63,914 nt of DNA, filler included, from Folioceros fuciformis (GCA_049999805.1; 5 parts of 5 records of this genome joined end to end with filler, not necessarily neighbours in it), one strand, 5' to 3'. Shown: positions 12,500-24,896, numbered from the whole stretch's first letter. Made by a program: numbers and translations. The notes: generated from the letters alone by a model not told the origin.

Positions 12500-13545
12500 C
12501 TATCCAGAACATTTACACTCCGAAACCTTTTCATCCTCCAGCAATTGCAGGCGAGGGTTTCGCTTCCCTTCAGCTTCTTCAAGCTGGAACGCCAAGCCTG
12601 TGGTCACCAGCCATCTCAGACTGTACAGATCAAATGCCTGCTCAAGCATCCTGCATCTTGCAGCTTCTGTGATGCCCATGGTCTGAGTGCCCTTCTTGAA
12701 AAACCCCATCGCTTGCTCGCGTTCCTCAACATTGAGCTCTCCAAGCTCATTCCCCTTCAAATCCAGAATCACACCATCCCCTCCTGGCCTGAAGGCATAA
12801 GATTGTGGTGTGCTCACCAGAGTTGGCGATGCCCTTCTGGCTTCTCCTACTCGATTCATAGAATAAAATGGCAGCTTGTCCATCCGCTTCACCCGTTGTG
12901 AGCATCTCTCCAACTCAAGGATGTCATCCACGACTTGCTGCTTCGGAGTCGTCAAATTCATGTGCTGCCTAAACCCTCCAATCGAGCCACATTTGTCCAG
13001 TAACTGCAAAGCCTGTGTGCATATGAGCCAAACTGCACCGCGTCCATGATTAGCTCATTGCCGAACCATGACCGAATCTCCTCATACAGAGACTTGACAG
13101 TTGGACGTCTGTCCATGGCTGCACACACATTCTCCAGAATGTACTAGCATTGTGGATTCGCAATCTGGACTTCTAACACAATTCGTGCAAGCTCAGCAGC
13201 CAACGAAACGCCTTCATCTTTGCCTCTGCTTGCAATCGAAAATGTCTTGCATTCCTATCCCATGATCAACATATTCACCGGACTCAACAAGGCTTCTAGC
13301 TACCACTTCCCCACTAGGTTCACGTATTTGGGCAGCCTGCTTTGGCAGCCTCGATTTGCTTCCTCGCTCAAAAGAATTGGGTACTTAGGTTCTGATTCTA
13401 GCCACAGCTCGAGCCTTCTCGTCCTTCTCCACTCAGGTATATTTGCATGCCTTGCTTGACGCCACAGTGCAACACCGCTTCCAGGCCACTGCTGATTCCT
13501 TAGCAGAGCTCCATCACATGGATGCCTTCAGCGCCCACCTTCCAT
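12500..13545 (-). pseudogene. Degenerate C5-cytosine DNA methyltransferase (DNMT3-like), TE-associated
   Basis: Manual minus-strand translation gives the motifs in canonical order: I IHVMELC*GISSGLEAVL, II KYT*VEKDEKARAVA, III RLPKYV, IV MLIMG*ECKTFSIAS, VI YILENV, VIII DAVQFGSYAHRLCSYWTN, and IX/X EEREQAMGF..T..ARCRMLEQAFD. Several stops and frameshifts. Confidence 0.85.
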
Positions 13546-13928
13546 CGTACTAGAGCATTGTTGATGCATCGACCTCCTACCTTGGCAGGCCTCAGATCTG
13601 GGATCGACCTCTCAAGACATGTCTATGAGATTCCATGGTTGATTCTCCTTCCTTCGCTGGTTTTCCTGAACGCTACCTTCATCCAAATACTCTAAACGCA
13701 CAACCTTGAGCACACCCTTCTGTTCTCTTGGCTTCAGCATCTCCAGAGAGGATAACTCCTGCGTTTCCTCCCACATCTCATGTCGATGCTCACTCTAAGC
13801 ACTGTGGGCAATCATAATGCTGCCTGTCATTCTTGTCCTGCTCTTCCTACCACTCCTGTTCACCCTCACGCGAATTCGTGCAACATGCGTGAAATCTCCT
13901 CTCCACCAGAATGGTCTATAGAAGGCTT

Positions 13929-14130
13929 CTACGTGCAAGGTATCATCTGCCATAGCAGGACGGGATCAACTCCCATAGCAGGACGGTGAGTTCCATGCGA
14001 CCCCAGCAAGACATCATATGTCTTTGCACTAGTGACTAAACATCTCACTTCAACAATGCTGGCATCCTTCGTACTAGGCTTCAACTCAATCTTCACGGGC
14101 TTCCTCGTCATTCCTAGCACCTGTTCCTTG
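13929..14130 (-). mobile_element. Retroviral-type aspartic protease C-terminal remnant
   Basis: LGMTRKPVKIEL...VRCLVTSAKTYDVLLG resembles the C-terminal half (DxLLG) of retropepsin-like proteases. The catalytic DTG half is not seen. Confidence 0.5.
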
Positions 14131-14747
14131 GGTGCTTGTAGAGGTGGTGATGTTCCGTGTCTAATGTCCTCTCAAAACCTTGATGCTTGGGCAGTGTCTT
14201 GAGAGCACTTGATGCTTAGGCTGTGAGCACCCAAGATGTGTGCCACAAGGAAGAATTAAGCTTGTATCTTAGACAAAGATGGGAAGTTCTCTTATTTCTA
14301 TTAAAGAGGGCCCATCCTTTTTGGGCCAATTATAGCACACACCTTGGGTGCTCACATCCTCTCTATGCTCTATGTTTGACTGTCCTTAGCTCCATGCTAG
14401 GTCGCCTTTTATACTCAAGCCTTAGTACAATCTTAGTAAATATTTACTTAAACTCCAAGCTAATATCTATACCACTCACTCCCTAGTGCATGCTCTTATC
14501 CATACTCTTAGTAAACTCTGTTACTAAACACGCTTTCTTGCTTGTACCGTCGACAAACTAGCGTCGTTCTTCTGTACTTGCCGAAAAGGGTAAATCCTAC
14601 CGCGTGCGAGAAGTGAGGAAATGAAGTAACTGTACAGTACATTACACAGCTTCCATGGCCAGAGTTGGCGGTGAGAAATTCTAGCAGAGTGCGGATTTCT
14701 GCCAGAGTCTCCTGGTAGACTCATGTGCCCAGAGCGGGTGCTGAGCG

Positions 14748-17700
14748 ATGGCCACAGTAGGACAGCCGGATCCGTTGTGGACTCAACAAATTGGTCTGCA
14801 TACAGAGATTGTGCGAGGAGCTTCTGGGCATCTCGTGTCGGGGAGTGAACGTCTGGCAAGTAAAAGCGTCAGGTGCAGCAGTTCAATGAGACCGGCAGTT
14901 CAACTTTTGACGAAATGTGTAGCTGGGGACGGGTTTTGCAGGGATGCTCGTTACCAGGAGCAGCAGCACTTGTGGCAACAATCATTTCTGGACCCGACGA
15001 TGTGGTGGTACAACAGGCGAGATACGAAGAGCTCGCGTTGGCGTGACTTCCGGCGGCGTAGGGCCTCCGGCGAGGTACTGTTGTTGAACATGGTTGATGA
15101 GCAGCTCGTTTCCTTGGACATGGAGGTGGGTGATGATGCCTCTCCTTCTAAGCCGAGGTCTTGGGATAATCCTGTACCCGGAAGGCGTGCGCAATCGCAA
15201 ATGGGCTCCAGGTGCAGCAGTGTAAGGAGCCCATTTTGTCTTCCGATAAGCTGTGGGTGGGCACTTGTGGCAACAATTTTTTCTGGACCCTACCATGTGG
15301 TAGGACAACAGACGAGATGAGAAGAGCTCCCGTTCGCCTGACTTTCGACGTTAGGGGCCCGGCGGGGTCCTGTGGTTAAACGGCATTTTTAAGCCAGCTT
15401 GGGTTGATGAGCGGCTCGTGCCCTGGGACATGCAGATGGGTCGTGGTGCTTCTCTTTCTCAGTCCAGCTATCCGGATAAGTGTGAACCGGGCAGGTGTGC
15501 AGGATCGGAAATGGGCGTCGTTACGGCCGTAACCTTGTGCACGCTATGTCAGCAGGGGAAGCTTCGTGAGGCCGGCGGAGCCCTGTCATCTCTTGCACAG
15601 ATAGACTCTGCTGTTGCTCCCTCTCTGTTTTGCACTGTGCTGAAACTGTGCACGGCTATGAAGGACTTGGTGGTGGGGCGCCGTGTTCATGATCGCATGG
15701 TCAGTCTTGGGTACGCGTCGGATGCATACCTAGGGAATCATATCTTGCGTATGTATGCATGTCGGGGTAGGGTAGAGGAGGCAATGGATGTGTTCACCAG
15801 GATAGCCAAACCAGATGTCATCACTTGGGGTTCCATTATCTCTGCGCATGCTAAACATGGGAACTCAAGATGGCAATACAACTGTATCATGAGATGCGTA
15901 GTTCAGGATTGAAGACCAATGGCCACGTATTCGTAGCTGTCCTTCAAGCTTGTGCTTCTGCCGCTGACTTGGAATACGGCAGAACAGTGCACTGTGATGT
16001 GTTGCACAGTGACATTCCCACTAACCTCTGTGTTGGCAACTGCCTGGTGGACATGTATGCAAAATGTGGCGAAATGAAGAACGCACGCCAGGTGTTTGAC
16101 ACCATGGCCACAAAGGACGTGGTAATATGGAATGCCCTGATATCTGGATATGTGATATGCGGTGAACTGAAAAATGCACACAAGGTTTTTGATGGCATGA
16201 ACTCAAGGAATGTGGTTTCACGGGATGCCCTGATAGCTCGATATGGGTCTCGGACATGAGGCACTCGTCCTGTATGGGCAAATGGAGCAGAATGGCGTTA
16301 TTTTGGCTGACCACGTTACATTTGCTTGCCTTCTAAAGGCCTGTGCAAGCACTGTTGCCTTACAGAAGGGCAGGCAGCTGCACTCACTGATCGTAGAAAG
16401 AGGGCTGCTGGATAATGTAGTGTTGGGCAACTGCCCAGTGGACATGTATGCAAAATGTGGTGATCTGAAAGATGCACGCCAGATTTTTGACAGCATGAAC
16501 ACAAAGAATGTTGTGATGTGGAATGCTCTGATATCTGGGCATTCCAAATCTGGTGAACTGGATGATGCACGCCACGTTTTTGACAGCATGGCTACAAAGG
16601 ATGTGGTAACATGGACGTCGCTGATTGCTGGGTATGCACAGCAAGGACTCGGCCAAGAGGCTCTTCTTGTATTTGAACAAATGGAACAAGAAGGCCTCAT
16701 ATTGGCGAACCATTCTACTTTTTCTTGCCTTCTGAAGGCCTGTGCAAGCACTGGTGCTTTACACAAGGGCAGGCAGCTGCACTCACAGATTGTGGAAAGA
16801 GAACTGCTGGATAACGTAGTATTGGGCAACTGCCTGGTGGACATGTATGCAAAATGCGGTGAGCTGGAAGGTGCGGGCCAGGTCTTTGACAGCATGAATA
16901 CTAAGGATGTGGTGACATGGACCGTCCTGATATCTGGTTACGGTTCTTGTGATGATGGTCACAAGGCTCTAGCCTGTTTTGAAGAGATATTAATCGCTGG
17001 TATTCAGCCCAATGACGCCACATTTACTTGCCTGTTGGTAGCTTGCAGTCACGGGGGGCTGGTCTACGAGGGTCGAAAGCACTTTGATTCCATGTCTCAA
17101 CAGCATGGCATCGAGCCAACTCTTGAGCACTACAACTGCATGATTGATCTTCTTGGCCGTGCAGGCTGTTTAGATGAGGCAGAGAAGATGCTGTTAGCAT
17201 GCAACGGTCAAGGTAATGTTGTGGGATTGACTTCTTTGCTAAATGCCTGCAAAAGTCACGGGATTATCGAGAGGGCGGTATGGTGTTTTGAAGGAATTGT
17301 TAGGTTGGACCCTCAGGACTCGGCTGCATATGTGCTCATGGCCAATGCCTACGCAGATGCAGGTATGTGGGCCGATGGAGACAGGATTGAAACACAGAGA
17401 ATGAAAGCGGGGGGAACAAGTTACCAGCAATGGCAAGCATTGAGGTGAATAAGCAGGTACATCAGTTTCTTGCGGGAGAAAGAAGGAGTGATATTGCTCT
17501 AAAGGTGGAGAGCACGAATGTACGTTTGAAGCAGGAAGGAGACCACGTTCCTCACACGAAGTTGGTTTTGAAGCCAGTTTGTGAGAAGGAAAAGGAAGAC
17601 GTACTTTGTTGGCATGCTGAGAAGCTAGCCCTGGTGTTTGGTCTCTTGAACACTCCGAGTGGTATACCTCTGGTGGTGACAAAGAATCTACGCATGTGCG

Positions 17701-17822
17701 CTGACTGCCACAGTTCCACAGAGATCATGTCAAGGCTGGAACAGAGAGACATTGTTGCAAGGGATGGGTACCGTGTACATCGATTCACAGCTGGTCGTTG
17801 CAGTTGTAAGGACCGACCGTGA
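14748..17822 (+). pseudogene. PDF-motif + PLS-class PPR + E + DYW:KP RNA-editing factor (copy 1), intronless and frame-disrupted
   Basis: Two WxxFFxDPxxWWDNR..PDF(R)R..GEVLWL motifs (14973-15108, 15268-15417). P/L/S repeats ([29 protein letters not shown]) from ~15600, then an E domain. DYW 17415-17822 has KLPAMASIEV, CWHAEKLA, KNLRMCADCH and ends CSCKDRP*. Stops at 15301 and 15352; frameshifts at ~15250, ~15868, ~16243 and ~17412. Confidence 0.92.
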
Positions 17823-18846
17823 GAATATGAAGAACCAGCCAGTGCTCACGTTGCTTGCGGTCTGGCTGGGTCACAGACTCAAGAGAGCTCACCTGCGAGG
17901 CACACGCATCTGTAGCAGGTCCGGGATCGGAGATGCTGGCCTGGAATTTGGCTCAGATATGGGGGTGTCGAGGCCGGCATTCCCGGATTGAGCTTACAGC
18001 TGTGGCAGGAAGCGGTGGAGGAGGTCGAGCTTTGGAGGCACTAACCCGCCACCCCTTAGGATAGCATCATCCACACCCATCATTCTCCATTTCTTGCTCA
18101 CACATCTTAGGGTGGCGTTTAGCGTTGTTGGACTTACTGATTCTCCCAGGCGATGATACTGTGGGTGACATACTCGCAGGCTTCGGTGATCATGTATCCA
18201 GAATATGGTGAACTGGAAGACTCCGGATATTTCGCTGCTTGGCCTTGAGTATGGGAAAATGTAGCAGGAGGCCTGACTATGGCTGGAGAAAGTGATCCTT
18301 TTTTCTTGCCTTCTGATGGCGTGTGAAAGTGCTCAAGACCAAGCAGGTGGCCTCACAGGTTACGAAAGGAGTCACAAAGAACATATTTGTGGGCACGGCC
18401 TGGTGGGTGCGTGCAATGTGTACTGAGCTGGACGATGCGCGCTGGGCTTTCTTCCTGCATGGCCTCAAGGACTGGACCAGCTGTAAGGATTGGTGCAAGT
18501 GAACTTGAAGCTGGTATTCAGGTCATGGCAGTTGGGCTCCGATCAAAGTTTGGATCAGCAAGTCGATGTGATCATAGCAGACCTCAATGGTCGAGACAGG
18601 TTCACTTAGCAGTCACGACCCTGCAAGCCTGTTTGCGAGATACCCACTTCGCTACCCGTGATGGAGACAACGCGGTGCCCCGGTGCTTGGATACAAAGAA
18701 GCTGCACTCCTATGGCCACCAGAGTTTTTGATTAAGATTGATAAAATTCCAGCATTGTAAGTTGTTTTTCAAACGTAATACCAAAGGCGGGGGACACTGT
18801 CATCGAGATCGATCTTCCTACATAAAGTGGCAGTGAAATCATAGAG

Positions 18847-19152
18847 TTGTTCAAAATTGGTTATGTAAACTGGAGCAATTTGTTTGCAGTGAAGCTCACT
18901 CCTGATTGGCAGAGAGATCCATTTGCTTCATTTCACTTCACGGACTCAGCGCATACTTGGTGGCATTATCTTAAGATCTGTGTAGTTGGAAGAGGAGGAG
19001 GACCCATCTGTACTTTTTCTCAATTTGCAGAAGCAATTTTCATAATTTTCATGTCTTCTAGGAGTGCTTTGGTTGCATTAAAAAGGTCACACAATCCCAA
19101 CTTGATCAAGATCTTTAATTATGATAGGCACAAGGATGAAGGTGGTAGGTAG
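18847..19152 (+). mobile_element. Ty3/gypsy gag remnant
   Basis: FHFTDSAHTWWHYL...TFSQFAEAIFIIF resembles the Retrotrans_gag A..WW..TW..F...F signature. Confidence 0.45.
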
Positions 19153-19214
19153 GGGTTTAATGACTCCACATTTGAGAGAAGAGTCTCTTGAATCCATGCA
19201 AAGTTGTGACAAAA

Positions 19215-19505
19215 AGGAGGGTGTGGAGTGCTAACAAAAGAAAGGTGAGGAGTACCAACAAAATGAGGGTATAGAGTAGGGTGCGAAGTATTGACAAAGC
19301 GGGGGGGTGTGGAGTACCAACAAAAGGACGGTGTGGAGAGGGTGCAAAGTATGGAGAAAGGAGGGCGAGGAGTACCAACAAAAGGACGGTGTGGAGAGGG
19401 TGCAAAGTATGGAGAAAAGGAGGGCGAGGAGTACCAACAAAAGGAGGGTAAGGAGTAGGGTGCGAAGTATTGACAAAGGGAGGTGTGGAGTACCGACAAG
19501 AGGAG
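19215..19505 (+). repeat. Tandem repeat, ~60-bp purine-rich unit with GGAGTACCAACAAAAGG core
   Basis: GAGTACCAACAAAA recurs at ~19250, 19312, 19370 and 19429, with a degenerate copy at ~19488. Confidence 0.85.
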
Positions 19506-19959
19506 GATTGCAACACAAGTTGCAGACTTGGTTTAGGGGAAAATAACTTGAAGGGAACCGGCTTGTCTTTAACAATCAATTTTGCCAGATCAAAGTACAT
19601 GAAGTGAAAGGTTATTGGCCATCAATTTTGCAGGAAAGGAATGAAGTGAAAGATCTGGGGTGGGGTGACTCCGATCCGTGCAATGCAAGTAATGTAATGG
19701 AGGACGGGACGGGACACGGAGCCAAATCCGGAAGTAACGCGATCGTCGCCGGCGTGAACGCTGATTCGCTTGGCCACTACTCCACACGAGACGAGAAATG
19801 GAAAAACACTCACTACTGTGTAATGTGGGTTGCGTGTTTGTACCGGAAACCTTCACCTCTGAGACTCTTTTCTTGTCTCGATCATGCTGCTCTGCTCGGC
19901 TCCAACTTCTGGCACGAAGTACACACCAGCCTGACTGCAGGAGATGTGCACCCGACCTG

Positions 19960-20070
19960 CGTCTGTGCCCCTGCCTGCCTGCCTGTACCTGCGGCCAAGA
20001 ACGTGGCTCAGCTTTGTGTCCGTGCCCCTGCCTGCCTGCCTGTGCCAGCGGCCAAGAACGTGGCTCACCT
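19960..20070 (+). repeat. Two-copy ~57-bp tandem duplication
   Basis: GTGCCCCTGCCTGCCTGCCTGTRCCWGCGGCCAAGAACGTGGCTCA occurs twice (translates as APACLPVPAAKNVA x2). Confidence 0.85.
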
Positions 20071-20960
20071 GGGTGATGGCGAGAGCCGAATCTGTGTGAT
20101 GCGATGCATGGCTCGTCGTCTACATTTAGGCCGGCCTTTCGCTGATGGAAGCCAGGGAGGCGTCACGCCGTCCGAGGAACACTCCCACGCACCCTGCCCT
20201 ATCACCAGCTTGCGCCAGCCTTGCCTTCGACTTGTTTGCGCTCTCTGCACTCCACGCTCTCTGCCCTCCACCTTGGCATTGTCGGACGAAGTGACGTGAC
20301 AGCCAGGGTAGGTCTTAAGTATAGCCAGCTTTCTACCGACCATTCCCCTGTAGAGACGTCGTGGTAACCCGTATGTGCTGCTGGGCCTTGATCGCGTTTA
20401 TCTGATCCTTCATGTTGCAGGGCAACATTGCGCCCCATCGACCGAAAAGCTAGTACACATCATGAATACTAAACGACAGCTGATCAATTGGTGCCCCTTC
20501 CAGAGCCGTCAACAGTCCCGTAACCTCCACTGCTGCAACGGCTCACCATAGCTTGGTAGAGCCTTGGAAGCACTATCTTCAAGCATGCCCATTACCATCC
20601 TCACTTGTGAAACATCCGTGATATTTCTTCGGTGTTGAGATTATTAGTTGCTTCTTCTTCCTCCTTTTGGAAGCCTTGCGCCAGGATTTGATGGCAAGCC
20701 CTGTGTTCGTGATGCGTTCTGCCTTACAATTTACACATGCCTTGCATTTTGCCTGTCACACGACCGCAGTCGATACAGCTATAGGTTTGTCTTCTAGTAT
20801 TGTTTCATGCACGTGGTTGCACATGCTACTAGTACTGTTCGAATTCTAGCTTTCCGGGGTCGGGCTCGTAGGCACTGGGCCGTGCGTGGGGTGTGGTCAA
20901 TCAGATTACCCAGCCATTCTTCGATCGTTTCGTATTAGACTCATCCTCCGATCGTGGTCC

Positions 20961-23283
20961 ATGACGGTGGCCACAGGAAGGCAACCGAACACGTTGTGGA
21001 CCCAACAGATTGATGTGTGCACTGGGATTCAGCAAGGGGTTCCAGCTAACCTGGCTTTGTGGAGCCAACCCCTGGCAACAAAGCCTCCAGGTGGCAGCAG
21101 TGTAAGGAGCCCAGCACTTCCACCCATGAGAAGATGTGTGGATGGGTCATGGGGGTTCCACCGATGGTCGTTGCCACGAGCAGGAGCACCTCTGGGAACA
21201 TTGTTTTCTGGATCCCAGAATGTGGTGGGACAACAGACGAGACAGGACGAGCTCCCGTTCGCCTGACTTCCAGCCCAAGGGGTCCGGTGAGGTGCTGTGG
21301 TTGGACAACATGTTTAAGCTGGCTTGGGTTGGTGAGCAACTCTTTTCCTTGGATATACAAAATGGGCTGTGGCGTCTCTCATTCCAAGTCCAGCTCGCCG
21401 GATGAACCTGAATCTGACAGGCGTACAGCATCGGAAATGGGCTCCAGGACCGTCAGTGTAAGGAGACCAGCACTTCCACTTTCGAGAATATGTTGGAGTG
21501 GCGAGGGGTTCCCCAACCTTGGTCGTCGCCAGGAGCAGGAGTAGTTGTGGCTACAATTCTTTCTGGAGCCTACCATGTGGTGGGACAACAGACGAGCGAA
21601 GAAAAGTTTCAGTTGGCCTGACTTTCGGCGTAACGGGTCCGGCGAGCTGCTGTAGTTAAACGACATGGTCAAGCCAGCTTGGGTTGATAAGCAGCTCGTT
21701 TCGTTGGATCTGGGGGTGGGCGATGCTGCCTTTCCTTCCGTGTTCAGCTCTCCGGGTAAGCATGAAGCTCACAGGCGTTCAGCAGGGTCGGGAATGGACG
21801 TGGTTACGCTGTAGACGTGAGCACTTGATGTCAGTAGGTGAAGCTCTGGGAGGACGTTGGAGCCCTGAAGTCTCTGACGCAGACAGGCTCTTTCTATATT
21901 ATGCTATTTCTCCCTCTCTGTTTTGTACTGCGCTGAAAGTGTGCACAGCTAAGAAGAATGGTGGCGCGAGGAGTTCATGACCTCACTGTCAAACTTGGGT
22001 ACGAGTCGAATGATCTTTGGGGAATCAGATCTTGCGCATGTATGCATGTGGAGGTAGGCTAGAGGAGCCAATGGATGTGTTCACCAGGGTAGGCAAAGCA
22101 GATGGCCGTTTTCCATAATCTCTGCATATGCTAAGCAGGGGAGGGAGATCCAAGGAGGCCATACATCTGTACCATGACCTGCGAGGTTCAGGGGTGAGGG
22201 TGGATGGATGCCCACGTATTTGTGGCTGCCCTTCAAGCTTGTGCATTTGCCGCTGACTTAGAGTCTGGCAAAAGTGGGATTCCTCCTCACTTGTTTCTGA
22301 GCACCTGCCTGGTGGACATGTATGCAAATGCGGAAAATTGAAAGATGCATGCCATGTTTTTGACAGCATGTGCACAAAAGACGTGGTGACATGGAATGCC
22401 CTGATATCTTGGTATGCAAAATGCAGGGGCTCAGACAGGAGGCGCTTGTTCCGTATGGGCAAATGGAGCAGGAGGGGCCCATTTTGGCAGATAAGTTTTA
22501 CTTTTTCCTGCCTGCAAAGGGCCTGTGTAAGCACTAGTGCCTTGCAGAAGGGCAGGCAGCTGCACTCACTGATTGCCAACGTGGGCTGCTTGATTATGTA
22601 ATGGTGGGCAATAGCCTGGTGGACGTCCATGTATACAAAATGTGGCAAATTGGAAGACGCACGCCAGTTTTTGACAGCTTGTCCACCAAGGATGTGGTGA
22701 CATGGATGGTGCTGGTTGCAGGGTATTCCTAGCAAGGGCTGGGACAAGAGGCGCTTGTTCGGCATGGACAAATGGAGGAGGCAGGCCTCATTTTGGCTGA
22801 CGATGATACTTTTGCCTGCCTTCTGAAGGGGTGTGGAAGCACTGGTGCCTTAAAGAAGGGCAGGCAGCTGCCCTCGCAGATTTTGCAGAAGAGGATTGCC
22901 GGATAACGTAGTGCTGGGCACCTGACTGATGGACATGTATGCAAACTGTGGTGAACTGGAAGATGCGCGCCAAGTTCTTGACAGCATAGTCACAAAGGAT
23001 GTGGTGACATGGATGGCCCTGATATCTGGGTACGGACCACAAGGCGATGATGGTCACAAGGCACTAGCTCGCTTTGAGGAGATGTTAGTTGCTGGTACTC
23101 AGCCTAACGACGCTACTTTCACTTGCCTTTTAGCAGCATAACGGACTGGTCGTTGAGGGTCGCATGCACTTTGATTCCATGCCTGAACGCCATGGGATCA
23201 AAGCTACTCTTGAGCACTACAATTGCGTGACTGATCTTCTCAGGCGCGCCTGGCATTCGGTTGAGGCTGAGAGGTTGTTGTAG
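20961..23283 (+). pseudogene. PDF-motif + PLS-PPR pseudogene (copy 2), heavily decayed, truncated in the E region with no DYW
   Basis: PDF motifs WEHCFLDPRMWWDNRRDRTSSRSPDFQPKGSGEVLWL (~21193) and WLQFFLEPTMWWDNRRAKKSFSWPDFRR (~21548). Fragmented PPR motifs 21900-23280 are colinear with copy 1. Confidence 0.88.
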
Positions 23284-23805
23284 TGCACTCCATGTAGCAT
23301 GGAAGACAAATAGGGGTAAGACGACATAAATCTCAAAGTCACACGTTTGCTTGTTGTAGCAACAAGGCCTAAGATACGTTGAAAATAATGTGAGAGCAAA
23401 TTCATGATCCCAAAATCTAGGCTCCCCGCCCAACAAATCGATGATTCTAAATCCCTGCACCCATCATCGTTCTCGCAATTCAATAAGTTAAACCCATATT
23501 CTTACAGGATAGCAGGTCCAATGTAAGGTACACCATGGAGAAATCTGCAACTGCTCTAAGTAAACTTGTGATGCTAGATTGATTGAGTGAGCAGAATGAT
23601 TCGAAAGATAAAGGATTATTTTTAGTCTCCAAATGAGTCAGGATTATACAACTGAAACTGAAAGTCGGTGCGTTTGCTTGGTTTTGTAGCTTTCACCCAG
23701 TTCCTGTGGCCCAGCTTTGAGTCTGGATATTTGCTACTGTTGCGACGCCAACGTGTTTGTGGTGTCCAACTCAACAGGGTGGAGCGTCGGCCCCGAGTGC
23801 TGGCT

Positions 23806-24818
23806 ATGGCCACCGTGTTGCAGGGGGTAGTTATGAATCCAGCACCAGCAGCAGGGCCGGCGGTGTGGCAGAAGACAGCGGCACCCAAGCTGGGTGTAGG
23901 AATTGGGCTGGTCCCTCTTGGGTTCCGGAGACTGGCATTCGGGTGTGGCTGGAGGGGCGGGGAGCAACGGGTTCCTTCTCACAGCGTCCGAGCAGGTAGC
24001 TGGGGCTTGGATGGATAGATGGCGCACGACCGGATGTCACTTGAATTTACAGGTTCTGGCTGCAGCTGGGTTGCCTATGTTGCTAATTAGGATGGCATTG
24101 GTGGGTTGGGTTGGCTTGGCGTGCAGCACTCGAGCCCAGTGAGAAGTCCATCGACGTGATGCGCAAGTTTTCTGAACAGTACGCACGTAGGTCGGAGACA
24201 TTCTTTTGCGTCGATAAAGGTGTCACCTCTGTGGTCATCAAGGTACTGTGTTGAGCGGCTCACGTCCGATTCCGATGCCGATGGCAAGGTATGTAATGTG
24301 CGGTCTGCGTGATGGGTAGGGTTCATGCCCGCTGCTCGTTTTGTTGTAGGGGTTGGCAGAGCACAAAGATTCGCTGGGAGCACCGCTCTGTCCATGCCGG
24401 TGAGACACTTGTTGCCTCAGTACTTTTTTGGGTACGTGCATTGCTGTTGCTACTGCCCTTGTTTGCTGGATGCAGAGACTGTGTGTGGTTTCACACGGCT
24501 ACGTGCCTTTGTTGTATGTGCTGATTATACTGGTTGTTCTTGATGCAGACACTACGATGACAAAGTAGCTGAAGTGCAGCAGGGTTTTTGGAACTGCCCT
24601 TGCGTGCCCATGAGGGAAAGGTGCAAATTCCATCTCCTCATCTGTCATGCAACCTTGAATCTTCCCGTGCCAAATCTGTGTGAGCTATGCATCATGCCGT
24701 GCCATGCCATGCGTAGCTAAGCAGCATTTGACGGTGGTGGTTGTTGTGTTTGTGCAGGAAGGAGTGTCATTGTATGCTCTTCCTGACTGAAGACAACGAT
24801 TTTGCAGGTCAAGAGCAG
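23806..24818 (+). CDS. FTRC: Ferredoxin-thioredoxin reductase catalytic subunit, plastid (last exon missing at the gap)
   Basis: Exons 23806-23995, 24127-24242, 24350-24399, 24549-24620 and 24758-24818 with GT-AG introns. They encode a transit peptide plus EPSEKSIDVMRKFSEQYARRS..GAPLCPCRHYDDK..FWNCPCVPMRERKECHCMLFLT (CPC/CPC/CHC). Confidence 0.96.
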
Positions 24819-24896
24819 GTAACCCCGCTCTTCTGCCCCCCCCCCCCACCCCCCCCGGCCCTGCCCCCTTCGCACGTTACAAATTTGGTGTAACCT

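Noticed and set aside
14137-14530. Possible solo LTR (TGTAG...AAACA, TATA-like motif on the minus strand)
   Set aside because: The flanks GTGCT/CGCTT do not give a convincing TSD, and there is no second copy in the window.
19215-19505. Regularly spaced repeats resembling a CRISPR array (also 54455-54615 and 61540-61796)
   Set aside because: The intervening sequences are themselves repeated with no unique spacers, there are no cas genes, and the context is eukaryotic. These are ordinary tandem repeats.
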